The notes beneath the pieces are model-generated. The model was given only the letters and a program-made list of their open reading frames with translations. It was not told where the DNA came from and ran no database searches. Made by a program: the position numbers and the translations under genes. DNA of 64,000 bases from an uncultured bacterium (GTDB lineage Bacteria > Desulfobacterota_D > UBA1144 > Nemesobacterales > UBA2774): contig CAVPJU010000010.1 in assembly GCA_963705505.1 (NCBI GenBank), forward strand, positions 768,001-832,000, in the 5' to 3' direction. This document shows, in pieces, positions 10,217 to 20,624 of this stretch; within the stretch, counting starts at the first letter, position 1, and every line of letters begins with the position of its first letter.

Positions 10217-10963
10217 TTATCTCGAAGGAAGGGTCTGCCTCTTTTTGCTGAAACCGAAAAGCTTAATGAATTCCGCAAACGCCTTATCGCTTAACTCCTT
10301 AAGACGGGAAATGTAAGCGTGGGTTTCCTCCCTGATCCTGTCGGGGATTATTTTCCCGTTTAGTTCGTCAATCTCTTTTTTATTCACGGGGATGCGGAGC
10401 CACCGCTCGACCATGGGCTCATCGACCTCAAGGTGAAACTGGAGCCCGTAGACATTGTCTCCGTAACGGAATGCCTGGTTTTTACAGAGAGGAGAAGACG
10501 CGAGAAGGAGCGCCCCTTCCGGAATATCGAAAGTGTCCCCATGCCACTGGAAAATCTTCTCCATCCCCGAGAAATGGGAGATGAGTGGGTCTTTTTTGCC
10601 GGTTGGGGTGGGAGAAAGATCGTACCACCCTATTTCCTTTTCACGATTTTTGTATACCTTCGCGCCGAGCGCTTTTGCGATTAATTGTGATCCCAGACAA
10701 ATGCCCAGGACCGGCATTCCCCTCTCCATAGCCTTGCGGATCGAATACACCTCTCTTTCCAGATAAGGGTATTTGTCGACTTCATCCACGTTCATCGGCC
10801 CGCCCAGCACGATCAATCCGTCATACCCTTCGAGATTCGGCTCGAAGTCCGGATGACGCTCGAAATTAACGTATTTTATCCTGAACCCGGAACCTCTTAA
10901 AACGGGATCGAGGGTCCCGAGAATCTCGTGCGCGACATGTTGAAAAACAAGAAGTCTGGGCAT
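10217..10963 (-). CDS. Class I glutamine amidotransferase (GMP synthase-like)
   Basis: LGGPM, GICLGSQ (catalytic Cys), QWHGD and QFHLE motifs. Confidence 0.9.
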   Translation of the reverse strand: MPRLLVFQHVAHEILGTLDPVLRGSGFRIKYVNFERHPDFEPNLEGYDGLIVLGGPMNVDEVDKYPYLEREVYSIRKAMERGMPVLGICLGSQLIAKALGAKVYKNREKEIGWYDLSPTPTGKKDPLISHFSGMEKIFQWHGDTFDIPEGALLLASSPLCKNQAFRYGDNVYGLQFHLEVDEPMVERWLRIPVNKKEIDELNGKIIPDRIREETHAYISRLKELSDKAFAEFIKLFGFSKKRQTLPSR

Positions 10964-11105
10964 TTGGGAAATACCGTTATCGAATTACATGATCAGCAAC
11001 GGACACGAATGATTTTACCCATTAATTACATCTTAAGGAAATATCCGACGTGGAAAAAATCTTAGAGTAAATATCCGGAAGGGCCATGCAAATGACGGGC
11101 GTGCT

Positions 11106-11429
11106 TTAGAGCTTCATCTTCCCCGTCATAATGTCTTTAAACATTACCCATTCGCCCATAAGGCTCCAAAGCGGATGCCTGAAAGTCGCAGGTTTATTTT
11201 TCTCGACGAAGAAGTGTCCCGACCATGCGAGCCCGTATCCGAACACAGGAGCGAGGACGAGCAATGTCAAATTGCCGGAAAGGAAGGTGGAGAGGACTAA
11301 TATAAGTACGATAATACACCCCGCGAAATGGAGGCGCCTGTTCAGCGGGTCGCTGTGCTCGGAAAGATAATATTCGTAAAATTGACGAAAGTTGCTGAAT
11401 TCCTTTTCCTGATTATTAACCTTTACCAT
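11106..11429 (-). CDS. DUF962 / Mpo1-like membrane protein
   Basis: FYEYYLSEHS..NRRLHFAG and GYGLAWSGHFFVEKNKPATF signature. Confidence 0.85.
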   Translation of the reverse strand: MVKVNNQEKEFSNFRQFYEYYLSEHSDPLNRRLHFAGCIIVLILVLSTFLSGNLTLLVLAPVFGYGLAWSGHFFVEKNKPATFRHPLWSLMGEWVMFKDIMTGKMKL

Positions 11430-11552
11430 TTCACCCGCTCTCAATCAATTAACTTCCAGCAATATTATAATCACAATTTGAAAAACGAGTTCATAGTTTA
11501 TTGAGCTCACCTCTCAAGTCCTGTTAATAAATAATTATTTTGCGGTTTGGCT

Positions 11553-11587
11553 AAACAAGGAGGAGACGGCTTCAAGGCCGCCTCCCC
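11553..11587 (-). terminator. Rho-independent terminator downstream of the nucleotidyltransferase gene
   Basis: Minus strand GGGGAGGCGGC-CTTGAA-GCCGTCTCCTC (11-bp stem with two G-U pairs) followed by CTTGTTT. Confidence 0.65.
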
Positions 11588-11639
11588 GTACTCGATTTCA
11601 ATACTTGGGAAAAGGATGAAGGGGGATTACAACCGTAAG

Positions 11640-12098
11640 CTACTCTCCTTTGAGATACCTGACGACGTCCTCCTGTATTGATCCATCGACCAGACTCCGC
11701 CAATCGTTATTGCCTTCGGAAATGGCGGTCCTGATCTTCGTCGCGGAAATAAACCCGATGTTCTCGGGCGGGAAAAATTCGTTCATTTCATAACCCACTC
11801 CCCTGCCCCAGTTCACGGACTCTATATCCGGTATGACCATCACTACGACGTCGTCGCCCTTGCTCTCGTGATACTTTCTAATCATGTCGACGGTCTGCTC
11901 GGTCGTAAACGGGTTCTGCGGGTCGGGCGGTATGTCCCTCACCATAATGAGGCACGGAATCCCCTTATCGAGCTTCTGTCTAACCAGGCTCACATGGCCC
12001 ATGTGATAGGGCTGGTACCTGCCTATGAAAATAGCCCTTCTGTTCTTCGAGGGTTTGATATCCGCATTTCCGTGATTTATGACCTTCCATTCGCTCAT
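11640..12098 (-). CDS. Cytidylyltransferase-like (HxGH) nucleotidyltransferase
   Basis: FIGRYQPYHMGH and ISATKIR motifs. AGGAGG RBS precedes the ATG at 12098. Confidence 0.8.
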   Translation of the reverse strand: MSEWKVINHGNADIKPSKNRRAIFIGRYQPYHMGHVSLVRQKLDKGIPCLIMVRDIPPDPQNPFTTEQTVDMIRKYHESKGDDVVVMVIPDIESVNWGRGVGYEMNEFFPPENIGFISATKIRTAISEGNNDWRSLVDGSIQEDVVRYLKGE

Positions 12099-12224
12099 TA
12101 AAAGCCTCCTTGTGCATATCAATCGTTTATTGATAAACGGGTTTTATTCCACGGTCAGATTAAGAACTATAAAACGGACTTCATTATACATGCCGTAAGG
12201 CTTTTTTCAATTATTCAGCCGGGA

Positions 12225-12866
12225 TTAGAGCCGCTTACCGCCCAGGATAGATAAAACGGACTTTTTCACTCCTGAAGCGAGCTTTTTCTGCTCGGCGGCA
12301 TCGAGGTGAACCCCGTCGACCCTGCTGGATTTTACATATTTCGAAGCGTCGAGAAAATGGCAGCCTGTCATGTGAGCAATCTTCTCATACTCACGGGCCA
12401 GCTGCCGCGAAACGGCGGCCCGCCCTTCAAAAAATGTCTTCATGAACGGAGAGAGCGGACCCAGGGGCTGGGGGGCGACGAGCAGTATTTCGGGTACTCC
12501 GAAACCGGGGCCCGCCATGGCCTTCTGCACGGTCCAAATGAGAAACGCGCAGGACCCGGCTATTTCCGATGCGCTGAAATTAAACGTTTTCCAGAGGTCG
12601 TTCGTGCCGAGCATCAGTATAAAGAGATCGATCGGCAAGTTAGTCTCAAGTACGAGGGGAAGAGATTTGCGTCCGTTCCTCTCGGGAAGAAAGGGGCTGT
12701 CCCAGTTGGTCGTCCTTCCCGGCACGGATTCCTCTATTACCCTGTATGAGTCCCCGAGCTCCAGCTGCAAAATACCGGGCCAGCGGTCCTCAAAAGAGAA
12801 CCTCGTACCGTCTTTAGGGCTATAGCCCCACGTGATAGAATCTCCGTAACATAAAATCGACTTCAT
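12225..12866 (-). CDS. SGNH/GDSL hydrolase (arylesterase-like)
   Basis: CYGDSITWG, GRTT, MLGTND and DGVH motifs. Confidence 0.9.
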   Translation of the reverse strand: MKSILCYGDSITWGYSPKDGTRFSFEDRWPGILQLELGDSYRVIEESVPGRTTNWDSPFLPERNGRKSLPLVLETNLPIDLFILMLGTNDLWKTFNFSASEIAGSCAFLIWTVQKAMAGPGFGVPEILLVAPQPLGPLSPFMKTFFEGRAAVSRQLAREYEKIAHMTGCHFLDASKYVKSSRVDGVHLDAAEQKKLASGVKKSVLSILGGKRL

Positions 12867-12930
12867 CCGAATCCTCCTTTAAGCATTTTTTCCTATTTTC
12901 GCATTCAGAAAGAGGCAGACAAGTGAATTC

Positions 12931-13638
12931 TCAAAGCCGCACGTATTTGCGATTCGCGCTATCGCTCCAGCTGCCGCGGAGCGTCTCCTTATTAAGGGCC
13001 TCCGCGAGCATAACGAGGAAGCGCTCTCTGCTTACCTCTCTCCCGCCCATCCGCTTCATATGGCTGTTGGGCACCTGAGAATCGATGAAATCGAAGCCCC
13101 ATTCTTTGAGCCTCTCGACCAGGTAATAGAGGGCTACTTTTGACGCGTCGCTCCTGATATGAAACATGGATTCGCCGAAGAACGCCCCTCCGAGCGCAAT
13201 ACCGTAGAGCCCTCCGACGAGCTTACCCTCCTCGTATGTTTCGACAGAATGCGCGTATCCTTCCCTGTGGAGCGTCGTGTATGCGCCGATCATCTCTTCG
13301 GTTATCCACGTCCCCGATTGCCCTCTCCTGCTTATCGCCGAACAACCCCTTATAACCTCTTCGAAAGACGTATCGAACGTGATTTCAAAAAGACCCGATC
13401 TTATGATTTTCCCTAATCTCCTCGAGACATGAAGGTCGGAAAGAGACAGCACGAGGCGAGGGTCGGGGGAGAACCAGAGGATCGGATTGCCCTCGGAATA
13501 CCAGGGGAAGATGCCGCTTCTGTAGGCGAGGAGAAGCCTGGGGACGCTGAGGTCGCCTCCTATTGCCAGAAGTCCGTTCGATTCCGCGTGCATGGGATGC
13601 GGGAAAACGAGGGACTCGTTTAATAGATATACAGGCAT
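12931..13638 (-). CDS. aat: Leucyl/phenylalanyl-tRNA--protein transferase
   Basis: GLLAIGGDL, AYRSGIFPW, WFSPDPR, GYAHSVE and FFGESMF motifs. Confidence 0.95.
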   Translation of the reverse strand: MPVYLLNESLVFPHPMHAESNGLLAIGGDLSVPRLLLAYRSGIFPWYSEGNPILWFSPDPRLVLSLSDLHVSRRLGKIIRSGLFEITFDTSFEEVIRGCSAISRRGQSGTWITEEMIGAYTTLHREGYAHSVETYEEGKLVGGLYGIALGGAFFGESMFHIRSDASKVALYYLVERLKEWGFDFIDSQVPNSHMKRMGGREVSRERFLVMLAEALNKETLRGSWSDSANRKYVRL

Positions 13639-13760
13639 AACGAGTTAATATACATCATTCCGGTTTTCCCGGGTCCGCCCGCACGGGGAATCCCGTAAGA
13701 GCTTTATACAGGCGGATTCCCCTAGAATACCGACATTCTCATTCCGGACAATAATCAAAA

Positions 13761-14039
13761 TCATACATCCGTATGTCCGAGGTCTCTCCCGGGAGCTATC
13801 CGGTCCCTCACTAATTGTTTAAGCTCCTTTATGTCTGGGAACCTGCCTTTTTCCTTCCTCGACCATATGAGCTCGTCCCCGACCCGCACCTCGAATATAC
13901 CGCCTGTGCCGGGCACGAGCGCCACTTCACCGATCTCAACGTCGAATGTCGTCAAAAGCTCCTGCGCCATCCAGGACGACCTCAATAACCAGCGGCACTG
14001 TCTGCAGTATATTATTTCAACTCTCTTTTTGTCTTCCAT
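13761..14039 (-). CDS. SelT/SelW/SelH (Rdx) family protein, Cys form
   Basis: YCRQCRWLLR..WMAQELL.TF, PGTGGIFEV and GRDLGH motifs. Confidence 0.9.
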   Translation of the reverse strand: MEDKKRVEIIYCRQCRWLLRSSWMAQELLTTFDVEIGEVALVPGTGGIFEVRVGDELIWSRKEKGRFPDIKELKQLVRDRIAPGRDLGHTDV

Positions 14040-14181
14040 GATAGACGCCGATGCCTCAACAACGGTATTTTATCAGCCCGCAAATACCGAGTCTAATATC
14101 AAGTAGTTTAATACGAATAAATTATTGATATTAAAAATAGTATGTGAGATAATAAAATCAAGTTCCGCACAACGGAGATCA

Positions 14182-14613
14182 ATGATGCTTAAAGAATTCA
14201 GAGAATTCGCAATGCGGGGAAATGTCGTCGATATGGCCGTGGGCATTATTATCGGCGCCGCTTTCGGAACGATCGTTCAATCGCTCGTTAACGACGTCAT
14301 AATGCCGCCCATAGGTCTTGTTCTCGGCAACGTCGACTTTTCGAACCTGTTCTTTGTGCTCAAGGAAGGTACCCCCGCCGGACCCTATGCCGCATTGACG
14401 GATGCGATGAAATCAGGCGCCGTAACGATTAATTACGGAAGGTTTATAAATACGATCATCAGCTTCCTGATAGTCTCATTCGCGGTTTTTATTCTCGTGC
14501 GGAACATCAACCGGTTGAGAATGCAGAAGGAGGCAGCGCCTCCTCCGCCCCCCGGGCCGTCAAACGAAGAGAAGCTCCTTACGGAGATAAGGGACATCCT
14601 TAAAAATAAGTAA
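14182..14613 (+). CDS. mscL: Large-conductance mechanosensitive channel
   Basis: [26 protein letters not shown] and LLTEIRDIL motifs. Confidence 0.97.
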   Translation: MMLKEFREFAMRGNVVDMAVGIIIGAAFGTIVQSLVNDVIMPPIGLVLGNVDFSNLFFVLKEGTPAGPYAALTDAMKSGAVTINYGRFINTIISFLIVSFAVFILVRNINRLRMQKEAAPPPPPGPSNEEKLLTEIRDILKNK

Positions 14614-14689
14614 GGCAGACGGCAACAGCGAAGAAAGAATTTTATCGATTACAATAAAAATACGCACTCCCGCAGAGCCGGGAAAGGGG

Positions 14690-17600
14690 TTATTCGGTAT
14701 TATTTCCCACATCCCCTTCATTTGTTTCCTTTTTGACCTCTTCCTTCTTTTCCTCTTTCTTCTCTTTCTTGCTAATGGGCTTGAAGATCGTCACGGGTAT
14801 ATTGAGAGTCTGTTTGATAAGTCCGAACAGACCGAAGCTAATCGCGGAGGGAGATAATTTTTCCACATCGGGATTGGACAAGTCCCCCGTGACCCTTATC
14901 GGGATCGAAACGAAGTTCTTTCCAAGGACAAAATTCACAAGGGGAATCTTTTCGATCACGGAATCCACGGCCATAACCGGAATCACGAGAAGCTGGAGAT
15001 CCAATTTCTTATTTACGAGGTCGATAAACCCCTCGCATACGACCTTAATGGAAGGGCCGTCCATAGCCGCTTCCCTGATTGTTACCTTTCCGTCCTTTAT
15101 ATCCGCTTTGGCCGTCAATTTATCGTAGGGAAAGCCTTCCTTGTCGAATTCCGGACCCTGACCCCGGAATAGCTCGCCGAAATTAAGAATAGTGAAAAAT
15201 TTCGCAAGTCCGCCGTATTTTTCGACACGCCCGTTCCGGGAAGTGAGCTCCATTCCGCCTTCGAGGTTGGTATACACGTCCCGCGCGCTCCCGTCCGAAG
15301 ACACTTTGGCATCGAGATCGAGCTCGCCGGATATGATTCCGGCCTTGTCTAAAAGACACTTCACAACTGAAGCAAGCTCCTCCTCGCTCGTAGTAGGCTT
15401 AAATTCGAAACTGAGGCCCGGCGGATAGATCTGAAGCAGTCCGGGCGTCGAAATGCCGCATAAATCGGCTTGTGTTACATCGATATTTATGCCGTGGTCG
15501 AGGAACGTGACCACCGCGTCGAGGGAGTCCCAGTTTAACTTCTTGAATTTAAAATTTTCCGATTTTACATTAACAGTGCCATTCACAGGCGAGTTCCAGG
15601 CATCCTTTCCGGGAGGCTCCGGTTTCGGAGGTGTCTGAGTTTCCGAATCTTTCCATTCGAGCTTATCCGTCCGGATATTCACGTTCAAATTCAGTTTTCT
15701 CCCGGCATCCGCGGCGGAATTCGGAGGAGCCTGGACAGCCCCGGCGGGGGTCACGTCACCCTTCCGCAGGACGAGTGAAGAATCCGTTACGGAGAGGGGG
15801 CTCTCGAATACGAGCTCTTTGGGCAGATTAACATATTCGGAAAAGAGGCCCATCTCCCGGGGCTCGAGGGTGCCGGTAAAATCTATTCTCATCTCGAGGA
15901 GGTCGGTGAGGTAGTTATTCAAAACCATATTGAGATTCATATTGCTATTTTGTACGGACACACCGGCATTGGACACGGACAGCCGGCCGGGGGTCGATTT
16001 GATATCGGCGCTCGTAACGTTTATGAGATCGTTAAAACCTGTAAGGTTCAGGTTAACGGCCGAGAGGTTCCCTTCCCCGCTTATCTTCCAATCCGCCGGG
16101 TTCGAAACGGAGCCCGAGAATTCGAGCGTCTTGAAAAAAGCAGTCCCCTTAGCCGACCCGATGTCTTTGAGACGGGTTTTCAGAGAATCGAGGGACGACA
16201 GCCAGGGGTAAAATTCCCCCAGGTCGACAGTCGTATCGGAAGACGAAACATTAAAGTAGCTATTATCCTTCCATTCGTATGTAGCTGACGATATGGATGA
16301 TTTCAATTTACCTGCCGCCACACTGAGACCTTCGACACCGATCTTCTTATCTTCGTAATCGAACGTGCCGCCCTTTACGCTCACTGGATAGGGAAAGCGT
16401 CCGTAATCGGCGGTGATGTCAAACTCCGACACACTGACCTTCGCTTCGGCGGATTTCTTTTGTCCTTCGAGTACGAGCCTCCCCTTTGCAAAGCCCTTTA
16501 CGTTCCTTATAAGATCCATCTCTTTTCTAAAACTTTCAGTTTGTATAAACTGCCCGAGCACGGGAGGAATCTGAGAGGGATCGGCGTCCACCATTATATC
16601 GAGATTGAGCGGCCCGTCAGGCCCTTTAAGGCCGATAAGGAGGGTCCCCTCGTGACCGGTCGAATTGCCGAGCTTGCCGCTGAGGTTAGACCCTTTCAGC
16701 ACGCCGTCAGCTATCACAGCGTTCCCGTTTGCGGCTACGATATCGAACTCGGCCTTGGGGATATATATTTCTCCGTTCACCATATTCCCCTCTATTTTAA
16801 AATTCCCCGGCCTCCACAAATCCCTGAATGTCGCGGCCTTTGCGTCGAGCGTGACCGTGGGGACCGTCCCCGCTCTCACGACCTCGAATATATTGTCGAC
16901 TATGTTATTTTCACCCGCGACGAAGAGCGCGCTGTCCCTTGCAGAGACGACATCGACGTTATTCCCGAGAAGAGACAAACTCACTCCGGGCGGATTTTTA
17001 TCAGCCGTGTATTTTCCGCTGAGCTCAAGCCCGGGATTTATGAGCCTTGCGCTCTTCAGTGTGAAAACCTGCTTTTCGCCGTCGATATAGAGGTCGGCAA
17101 TAATATCCCGAGTGCTTACGTTAAGCTCTTCACCGCCGCCGGTCAATGTCAGTTTAGGCACCGAGGCTTCGATCTTGGATTGAAATATCTTTAAGTCCTG
17201 AGTATTGAACTTTACTGCCAGATTGAGGACGGAATCGGAGACAAGCTTTTTATCCGGAAGGTAAAAATCCATGAACCTGTGAGGCTTGCCGCCTTTAATA
17301 ACCAAACTGCCTGAACCCTTATAATTCTTGACGTCGATCCATGCCCTGAAATCAAATGCGGCCCAAAGATTAGACTCGCTCCTGACTTCGATCCTCAGCC
17401 TGTCGTCAGGCAGTATGAGATCCGCATTCATATTGCTGAAGCTTAAAACGGGCGCAGAGTCCTTCTGCAATATCAAAGTCCCGTTCTCTATCTCGGCATT
17501 GAGCCCTCTCCCGTGGGAGTCGAGGTAGCCCAACGCTCCGGCGAGGTAGTCTTTTAAGACTCCGAATGAAAAAGAATCCTCCGGCTCACGGCTCTCTTCG

Positions 17601-17971
17601 GCAGCTATCTCATGTATCAACACTTTTATTTCCGGCTTGATTATTTTCAGCTTTGAGACATCCACTTCACCGCGGAGCAATGGCAAAGCTTTCGGATATA
17701 CGATCATGGTCTCGAAGTTCCCTTCAAGCTTATCGGGAACGGAGAATTTGCCCCCTTTCAGCACAACATGGGGACCGGGAAAGAAATTAATTTCTACAGT
17801 ATTAAATTCGACTCCCCCGCCTATCTTTTCGGAGAGATAGGCCAGCAGCTCCTCCTTGACGCGCTCGGGCGTAACAAGCCTTTTAACGAGCATTAGAGAG
17901 AGGGCGGCAAGAATAATTACTATTCCAAGACCGGCACCCGAAAATAAAAAGATTTTTCTATATTTTTTCAA
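14690..17971 (-). CDS. AsmA/YhdP-like bridge protein (lipid transfer)
   Basis: N-terminal TM anchor, long beta-rich body and an AsmA_2-like C-terminus (FPYDKLTAKADIKDGKV...IEKIPLV...IRVTGDLSNPDV). Confidence 0.8.
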   Translation of the reverse strand: MKKYRKIFLFSGAGLGIVIILAALSLMLVKRLVTPERVKEELLAYLSEKIGGGVEFNTVEINFFPGPHVVLKGGKFSVPDKLEGNFETMIVYPKALPLLRGEVDVSKLKIIKPEIKVLIHEIAAEESREPEDSFSFGVLKDYLAGALGYLDSHGRGLNAEIENGTLILQKDSAPVLSFSNMNADLILPDDRLRIEVRSESNLWAAFDFRAWIDVKNYKGSGSLVIKGGKPHRFMDFYLPDKKLVSDSVLNLAVKFNTQDLKIFQSKIEASVPKLTLTGGGEELNVSTRDIIADLYIDGEKQVFTLKSARLINPGLELSGKYTADKNPPGVSLSLLGNNVDVVSARDSALFVAGENNIVDNIFEVVRAGTVPTVTLDAKAATFRDLWRPGNFKIEGNMVNGEIYIPKAEFDIVAANGNAVIADGVLKGSNLSGKLGNSTGHEGTLLIGLKGPDGPLNLDIMVDADPSQIPPVLGQFIQTESFRKEMDLIRNVKGFAKGRLVLEGQKKSAEAKVSVSEFDITADYGRFPYPVSVKGGTFDYEDKKIGVEGLSVAAGKLKSSISSATYEWKDNSYFNVSSSDTTVDLGEFYPWLSSLDSLKTRLKDIGSAKGTAFFKTLEFSGSVSNPADWKISGEGNLSAVNLNLTGFNDLINVTSADIKSTPGRLSVSNAGVSVQNSNMNLNMVLNNYLTDLLEMRIDFTGTLEPREMGLFSEYVNLPKELVFESPLSVTDSSLVLRKGDVTPAGAVQAPPNSAADAGRKLNLNVNIRTDKLEWKDSETQTPPKPEPPGKDAWNSPVNGTVNVKSENFKFKKLNWDSLDAVVTFLDHGINIDVTQADLCGISTPGLLQIYPPGLSFEFKPTTSEEELASVVKCLLDKAGIISGELDLDAKVSSDGSARDVYTNLEGGMELTSRNGRVEKYGGLAKFFTILNFGELFRGQGPEFDKEGFPYDKLTAKADIKDGKVTIREAAMDGPSIKVVCEGFIDLVNKKLDLQLLVIPVMAVDSVIEKIPLVNFVLGKNFVSIPIRVTGDLSNPDVEKLSPSAISFGLFGLIKQTLNIPVTIFKPISKKEKKEEKKEEVKKETNEGDVGNNTE

Positions 17972-18114
17972 CCAGAAAATCCGAGCCGCAATAACCCGCC
18001 GGCATTAATGAATATTAAAGGTGAACATTATCTTTGTATTAAGATTAACCAACATATACGACTTCCACAATCAGAATTTCGAACTCGCAGTCAATTACGA
18101 AAAATTGACCGGAA

Positions 18115-19626
18115 TCATGCGGTTTTCCTGTTCCCGACGAAAAAAGTGAGGACAGCTCCGATCGCCACGACTATGGCTGCAAACCCCAGACCGTATTTAA
18201 GACCCGATATATACGCACTATAAATATGATGATATAAGTCGTTAAATGTCGCCTGACCAAAATCGTTAAGCAGTGTTTGCTTGCTGCCGCTTCCCAGCAT
18301 GAAGCTGAGGATGTCCGATTGATACCCCTCCGATAGATTCAATCCGTAACCGCTTATCCTCTCCGTAACATCTTTCTTCGCTGCATCCGTGAATATCGTG
18401 GTAACTACGGCGAGGCCGAGCGCTCCTCCGACCAGCTGAAACATATATACAATACCTCCGGCCAGACTGGTCCTCGATTCCCGGACATACCCGACAGCCG
18501 CGGTTGTTATCGAAGGTATGGCAAATCCGAAGCCTGCTCCCGAAATAATCAACCCGGGTAAAAAACTGTAATAACCGCTGCCGAACCCAAAAACGATGAT
18601 ACAGACGGTCCCGACCAAGGTTAAAGACATTCCGATAAATATAGATAACCGGGAGCCCATAAGATTATATATTTTCCCGGATATCGGGGCTACTACAGCA
18701 AATGTCAACATCATCGGGACAAGGGACGCGCCTGCCAGGAGGGGAGAATAATCAAAAAACTTTTCATAATATTGCGGCATATAAAGGAGGAGGCTGAAAA
18801 GGGCCGGGATGACAGAAAACATTATCGTAGACATTAGCATGAACGGGATGTTGGACATAACATCTTTCGGTATGAGCGCGTCTTCGGTCCTCCTCTCGAT
18901 ACGGATAAACAAGAACATGACCGCAGCGAACAATACGAGGAGTGAAACCGTTTTATATGATCCCCATCCCCAGGAGGTGGACTGGTTTAATGCATACATA
19001 AGCGACACCAGCGAAATTGAGACCGCGGCGATTCCCAGATAATCGACATTCTTTTCACCGCTCTCGCCGGGTTGTTTACCTACCGCCAGATATGTGAGAA
19101 TACCCGCCGTGAGTGACAAAGGTACGTTCACGAAAAGCACCCAGCGCCAGGATGCGTATTCCGTCAAAAAACCGCCTATAAGAGGACCCGCGGCGTTCCC
19201 TACCCCGGCCGCTCCGAGAATGAGACCCACGGCAATACCCTTTTGATCATCCGAAACAGAGGAGTACACGATTCCGAGAATTGAAGGCCATAACAAAGCC
19301 GCTCCCGCCCCCTGAATCACCCTCGCTCCGATCAGGACACCGGCGTTGTCCGACAACCCGCCGATAAGTGAAGTCAACCCGAAGATAACTAATCCCAGGA
19401 AAAATATTCTTCTGCGACCGAAAGTATCGGCCAGTCTGCCGCACGTAACCATCAGCACCGCGAACGTCAGAACGTACCCGTTTACAACCCATTCGATGGT
19501 ATCCACATCGGTTCGGAAAGCCTTCTCGACCGCCGGTAGCGCGACGTTAATTGCGGCTATGTCCACCGCAATAACCATCACTCCTATCCCCATCGCGATA
19601 AAGGTCAGTACGAGTTTGCCCGTCAT
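18115..19626 (-). CDS. MFS drug:H+ antiporter, DHA2 (EmrB/QacA) family
   Basis: About 14 TM segments. GRLADTFGRRR motif A, GPLIGG and WRWVLFVNVP. Confidence 0.9.
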   Translation of the reverse strand: MTGKLVLTFIAMGIGVMVIAVDIAAINVALPAVEKAFRTDVDTIEWVVNGYVLTFAVLMVTCGRLADTFGRRRIFFLGLVIFGLTSLIGGLSDNAGVLIGARVIQGAGAALLWPSILGIVYSSVSDDQKGIAVGLILGAAGVGNAAGPLIGGFLTEYASWRWVLFVNVPLSLTAGILTYLAVGKQPGESGEKNVDYLGIAAVSISLVSLMYALNQSTSWGWGSYKTVSLLVLFAAVMFLFIRIERRTEDALIPKDVMSNIPFMLMSTIMFSVIPALFSLLLYMPQYYEKFFDYSPLLAGASLVPMMLTFAVVAPISGKIYNLMGSRLSIFIGMSLTLVGTVCIIVFGFGSGYYSFLPGLIISGAGFGFAIPSITTAAVGYVRESRTSLAGGIVYMFQLVGGALGLAVVTTIFTDAAKKDVTERISGYGLNLSEGYQSDILSFMLGSGSKQTLLNDFGQATFNDLYHHIYSAYISGLKYGLGFAAIVVAIGAVLTFFVGNRKTA

Positions 19627-19746
19627 CGGGACCTCCTCATAAATATCGGCGTCGGGGAGAGAGATTGCCGGACATTTTTGTTGACTTCCATGGATTAATC
19701 ATTTATTTATGAAGGTAGATACAATACCATACGGGGGAATAATTTC

Positions 19747-20550
19747 ATGAGAATATTAGGTTTTACTCTCATAGTTTTATTCGCACTCTCCACGACTCAG
19801 GCATTCTCCAAAATCGTAGGTGAAACAGTCGAGTACAAATCAAACGGCACTACACTCAAGGGTTACCTCGCTTATAACGACAGCATCAAGGGAAAAAGGC
19901 CGGGGGTTCTGATCGTCCACGAATGGTGGGGTCTTAACGATTATGTCAGGAGAAGGGCGGACATGATTGCGGGGCTCGGGTATACAGCGCTCGCCGTGGA
20001 CATGTACGGCGAAGGGAAGAACAGCGATCATCCGGAAGACGCTCAAAAGTACGTGACGGAGGTCATGAATAATATGGGTATAGGCGAGAAGAGGTTCAAC
20101 GCCGCGCTCGAGTTTATTAAGCAGCAGCCGACCGTAAACTCAGAAGAGATCGCCGCGATAGGTTACTGCTTCGGCGGGGCGATCGTCCTCCACATGGCGC
20201 GTACCGGGGCTGACCTCGACGGCGTTGTCAGCTTCCACGGGAACCTGAGCTCCATGTATAAGGCTGCGCCGGATACGGTAAAGACAAAGATCCTCGTGCT
20301 CACGGGAGGCGACGACACGTTCGTGACTCGGGAGGAGGTAGACGCGTTTAAAAAGGAGATGGATGCGGCTCACGCCGACTATGAGATAATTATCTATCCG
20401 GGAGCAAAGCACAGCTTCACGAACCCCGATGCGGATAGGCTAGGCAAGGAATACAATCTGCCTATCGCCTACAACAAGGATGCCGATAAGAAGTCCTGGG
20501 CCGAGATGCAGAAATTTCTCAAGGCACTGTTCCCGCCCGGGAAAAACTGA
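19747..20550 (+). CDS. Dienelactone hydrolase family protein, exported
   Basis: Signal peptide, then HEWWGLN, GYCFGG and HSFTNP motifs. Confidence 0.9.
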   Translation: MRILGFTLIVLFALSTTQAFSKIVGETVEYKSNGTTLKGYLAYNDSIKGKRPGVLIVHEWWGLNDYVRRRADMIAGLGYTALAVDMYGEGKNSDHPEDAQKYVTEVMNNMGIGEKRFNAALEFIKQQPTVNSEEIAAIGYCFGGAIVLHMARTGADLDGVVSFHGNLSSMYKAAPDTVKTKILVLTGGDDTFVTREEVDAFKKEMDAAHADYEIIIYPGAKHSFTNPDADRLGKEYNLPIAYNKDADKKSWAEMQKFLKALFPPGKN

Positions 20551-20624
20551 AAAGGGAAATCCGAATATCTCGGAGAAGAGGCGCTGGGTTTTATTATTCC
20601 GTTAACGCAAGAAGCAAGATTCTC

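Noticed and set aside
13761..14039. Possible selenoprotein (SelW-like)
   Set aside because: The motif is CRQC with Cys codons. There is no in-frame TGA.
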